Made by a program: the position numbers and the translations under genes. Shown here piece by piece: positions 59,501 through 64,000 of a DNA stretch of 64,000 nt. The DNA is from Yuukianura sp. NJ FZ-2021 (Eukaryota), in the NCBI GenBank assembly GCA_046563655.1, contig CM102290.1, forward strand, positions 11,346,001-11,410,000. Direction: 5' to 3'. The notes below the pieces were generated by a model. The model did not search any database. It worked only from the letters and a program-made list of their open reading frames with translations, and had not been told where the DNA came from. The stretch's first letter is position 1, and each line of letters starts with the position of its first letter.

Positions 59501-61723
59501 CAACTTTTGCCAAAAAATATTTTTTAAATCATTGGTTAATAACAAGCCTTAGGTATATTTTTAGGCGACAATTTGGGGAATTTGCGAAAGTTTGCTAACA
59601 AATTGCATGACCAAATAGACATAAATTTTGAAAAAGCTTGAATGGTGATGAAAACCAAACTTTGTTTTTTTTTCTTGTTATTGTGTAGTTGTAGTTTTGT
59701 AGTGTGGTGTATCGTGTTCGTGAGCCTGTTAGTATTTAATTAAGAAGTAAGCTACTTAACGGAAGTGATGTTTGGATGGAGACACAAGGTCATGGGTGAC
59801 CACCCTCTGCACTCATTCTGCACTACGTCCGTATCCTGTCCACAGTTTCCAATACTACGCTAGGCGTCTGCGTCGGAGTCACCAGACTTGGACTCTGGGG
59901 TGGGGAGCAATCGATACTAGCATATGTGGAGTTTTGGTACTCCTGTGGCCCAGAGGTGGGTGACCTTGACTGGTGATGGGGGTGAGGGGGAACTAATTAG
60001 AGCAGCAATAAATTTCCGAAGAGCACACAACTCCCAATGACTAATCTTTAACAATTAAAGTCTGAAGCTGAGTCCAGAAGGCCCCTCCAGGCTTACAGCA
60101 CAAGGATCCATGGACACGAACCAGGAACAACTTTTAGAATCCCTTCAAGGGATGATTTGCACAACAACCAACAGGAAGACAGACACCAGAGTACAACGAA
60201 AATTTATGGACGCTCCTATCTCGACTTACATCCGCCACGAAATTTGATACCGTTTCAAAAAAAAATGAGACGATTTCGAAAAATTGAGACGTTTTGCGGA
60301 ACGAATTTCCGAAATGCTTCAAACGACGCGTTTTTCTGCAACAACGGCATCGGATTTAGATTTTTTAACAACAAGAAAGTTAGCAATTGATTTTCCTGAG
60401 GCTGCACAGCATGAAGTAAGTCATATGAGAGGAAAAATCAAAAAGTTTAGAAATTGTTTCTAAAAATTTAATATTTTGTTTGTTTGCTTTTTTCGAAAAA
60501 AGAAGAGAAACCTGTTTGGTTTGAAGTTTTGAAATTCGGCTCGCGCCTGTTTCCAATTCTCATTTAAGAAAATAATCCCGCTGTTTTCGAAATTTGAAAA
60601 CGATGTTATCGTAAGAAGCTTAAAGTTTTGAACCACACTTTTCAAATGGATTTTCAAACAGATTAAAGATGTTTTTTCTTCATTTAGATTCGGAATGTTG
60701 GATACTCTGTTGACTGTAAGTGGCCGACGGGCTTTTCAAAAAAAATTATTCAAAAGAAAAGTAGATCTTCTGGATCTTTTGAAGTTTTATTCCCTCGTAT
60801 AGTTTGTAATAAAAGAATTGCAGACAACTTGAAAAAAAAGTTGATCTAGTTTTCTGTTATATTATGTTCGCAACGTTTTGTGTGCAGCAATGTTTCGTTG
60901 CAGTACCACAGTTGGCACGTAACTTCACGTAAAAATTTTATGTATTAAAAACTATACTTAAAAATACAAGTTTTACTTTTTTTTTTAATTTTTAGGCTTT
61001 TAGAACCATGACTTTGTCCGTGAACATGCGGATGATAGTTGTAAAAGCAAAAGTGATCCATATTCACGAAGGAATTAAAAGTAATGGGTTGTTTGTACTT
61101 AACGTTTTGGTTACCTGTTGAGTTTAGGAGTATCATATATTATTATCATTATATTAATTATTGCTACATTTTATATTGATTCCTACAATTTAGAACACAA
61201 AAACACAGACTGGTTCTACTTTCAGGGTTAGTCAGACACTGAACAACAAAAACCATCCCCCTCCCAACTCACTTCTTTGTTATACAGAAATTCGAAACAC
61301 TAATTTGAATTATTTGATATTTATATATTACAATAATGCAAAATTGCAAATATTTTAAGAATTACACATGAGACATGCAAGTTTTGGGGCCCTTAAGGGC
61401 GCGGATGGGTTGGGGTGTATGGTGAGGTTCAGTATTGGTGGATGCTGAAATGTCCAGTGGATTAATTGCCACTTCCACTGGAAGAAATGTGTCCCAAATG
61501 GACGAAACTAATAGTGGATGGAAGAAATGAAAAATTTATCGCGAAATTTAAAAAAAATTCAAATTTAAATACAAAATGACATCAAGAAGCTTCTCTTTCA
61601 CCGTTAAGATTAATTAATTATTTAAGCTTATTTAAAAACTAATTTACTTCGTTTTTATACTACATTTTCATTTTTTTAACTTTTTGTATTTAAATTCAAT
61701 TGTATTTTGTATTTAACTGAAAT

Positions 61724-63980
61724 CCCACGGGCAAAGATCCGCCCCTTTGGATTCATCCATTTCGTCCATTTCTTCCACTTGATAACCAGCTGTGGATGAA
61801 ATGTGGAAAAAAGCGGATATCCACAAACAAAGCTTGGAAGCCCTAGGAATCCGGGGGTTGGAACCGCATGATAAGGGTTGGAGGTACTCTGTAACTCTGT
61901 GAACTTGGAGTGTTTATGGAGGGGCTAACTTTAATAAATATTCTTTACTGAAACCGGTTCCTAAGCCCAATTCCAAGGCTGGAATATCACGTTTAAAAGG
62001 AAAGCAAATTAAGATTAACAGGCTGCAACAACATCAGGAGGGCTCATTTTGATTCAAAATCAGAGCAAATCTTCAAACCAACTTACATCATACACAATCT
62101 TACAACAATTTATGATTCAATTTTTTTTTGGCAAATGCTCGTTAGTCGTCTGCAATACGTCTATAACTGCGTTGACTACTGCTATTCTGAGCACATGTGT
62201 AACGTAACTAGTTTTGCAAAACCAGAGCAAACATGTTCTAGGAATTTGGCATTGGACACATGAGTCTCACCGCAGGCTAAAGAATTTTTGTTAATTATAT
62301 AAAAATTCCATTTTTTTTAGTTTTTGATTAATCTAATTTTCTGTATTTTTTTTTCATAAATCTTGGTATGTTGAAAATGACAAGTGTGAGAACGGCTGAA
62401 AAGGTTTGTGCTGGACAATTGGTGTGTTATAAAGCCACTGCATGGCTTCCTGATTCCTGATTCCTGAAACAGAGTTATAATGAAGACAGGTTATGCCGGA
62501 TCAAAAAGCCGCTGGGGGAAACGATCAAACAACTTCATCGATCGATTCGATGGAATTGGAAACCTTGGCTAAGAAACTATTCATCAATCAACATCTTCAG
62601 GCACTGGAAAATTAAGTGCTTTAATAAAGGTCACTAATCCACACAAAAAATTAGCAGTAACAAAGTGAAAAAAAATGCAAAATATTTGTAACTTAAACGC
62701 AGAAATTATTGATTTTCATTTTTCTGAAAATTTTTCCTGTCGGAACTAATGTTCAATGCTCACTAAAATGTTCAATGCATTTTCATTCTTGAATTTAAAA
62801 AGCAAGATTCAGTTGAACATGACGTTTTTAGATTTTGACGTGTGTTAAAGATTTATAGGATACGTTGATCAAAATATTTGGTTTTCAATTTTAAACTTTG
62901 ATTTGTTTGTTCAAGTACCAATTTTGAATTCGAACGTTCCTTAGTAGAAAGTACGCTTAGCATAAAGTGTTATACCAAGTAAAATACTATATTTAAAAGT
63001 TGCATTTCATGAAAAGTAGAGCAGGAGAAGTTGGAAAACATAGACGAGGTGGACAAGATAACTTTTATGGACATACGAATAGTTTGACAAGAAAGTTGCA
63101 TTTGTTAGTGCCAATTAGTGGCACTCTAGGAAGAATGACATTTTTCCAAAAATTGACAGAAACCAACACAATTTGGCGTTCAAGTATCAATAGTCCCATC
63201 CAATTTTCAGCAGCTCCAAAATTTTTTGGTTGTCTTTGGCATTTATGGGAGTCAAAGGCGCCTGCACCCTCTTCTTGTTGAGGCCACTTGAGCTGTCAAA
63301 ATGATTGTGTTGAATGTCATGAAATACCAAAGTTGTTGAAACTGCATTCCCTTCCATCATTTCAAATCAAAACAACAACAGCGACAACATTATCAACTGC
63401 AATTAACAATTAACACCCTCCAACAACATGGGCATGGCAAGGAACACTGTCGATGGGAAGCTTATTGCACTTGGGGTAGGTAAGGAAAACAAGTCAAGGG
63501 CACCACTTCATTAAACATTTTGAGGAACTTCTTTTTAAATTTCGACTACAACAACAATATTTTTTTCAAAAAAAAAAATTACTAGAAATTTACCGCCCAT
63601 ATTAACAAAAAATGTATTCCTATGTGATGAGAAAAACCAGTGTGAATATTGGTTAGCCTCACACGCTAATTTACAAAACCGAAATTCCACATTTTCGGTA
63701 AAATTGCTGTCGATTCCATATTTTACATAGTTTATAATAGTTTTCGGTAACTTCAACATTTTTTGTTTCGAAATACTCAACAACATTTACGATTCACCAT
63801 TCATGCATGTGTCACGTGTTGGAATTGGTACAGTACAGGGTTGAAGTAAGGCAAGGTTCGTTGGTAATTAACCAGTGTTGGTGGATACTTACTTTTTCGA
63901 CATTTCATCCATTGTTGGATATCCACTGAAACAAATGGACGAAATGGATGAATCCAAAGGGGCGGAGCTTTGCCCGCGGG
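61724..63980. mobile_element. ~2.26-kb region bounded by ~100-bp inverted repeats; putative non-autonomous DNA transposon
   Basis: Left arm 61724-61824 (CCCACGGGCAAAGATCCGCCCCTTTGGATTCATCCATTTCGTCCATTT...TATCCAC) matches the reverse complement of 63881-63980 (CCCGCGGGCAAAGCTCCGCCCCTTTGGATTCATCCATTTCGTCCATTT...TATCCAC). No intact transposase ORF and no clear TSD. Confidence 0.65.
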
Positions 63981-64000
63981 GTTTGAATTAATTAAATACA

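Overview
Eukaryotic, intron-containing, AT-rich genomic DNA, most likely from an arthropod (ImpL2-type gene, TCAGTT initiators, 60-100 nt GT-AG introns; the species cannot be determined from sequence). The first 25 kb is gene-dense. It holds a ~1360-aa multi-C2H2/AT-hook protein gene, WDR1/AIP1 (9 exons), a convergent SmD2 gene on the minus strand (4 exons, missed by the ORF track), an ImpL2-like two-Ig secreted protein, an unrecognised ~907-aa RGG/QN-rich protein with 35 octapeptide repeats, and a PRA1/JWA gene. The rest is a gene-poor locus with three tandem KLF1/2/4-class Kruppel-like factor genes spaced ~11-12 kb apart. Each has a short first coding exon joined in phase 0 to a conserved 'MW(Q/H)(D/E)IE' motif. 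Their zinc-finger DNA is nearly identical in a patchwork pattern that suggests gene conversion, while the N-terminal regions are unalignable. Between them lie three canonical IR1 ecdysone-response-type palindromes, a repeated unassigned 9-mer (TAAGGGCYC, at least 12 copies), an intronic TGCGCA satellite that is also an MRE-core array, and an intronic 21-bp hairpin. Several small mobile-element remnants are also present. All exon structures were assembled by hand and checked for frame; nothing was database-searched.
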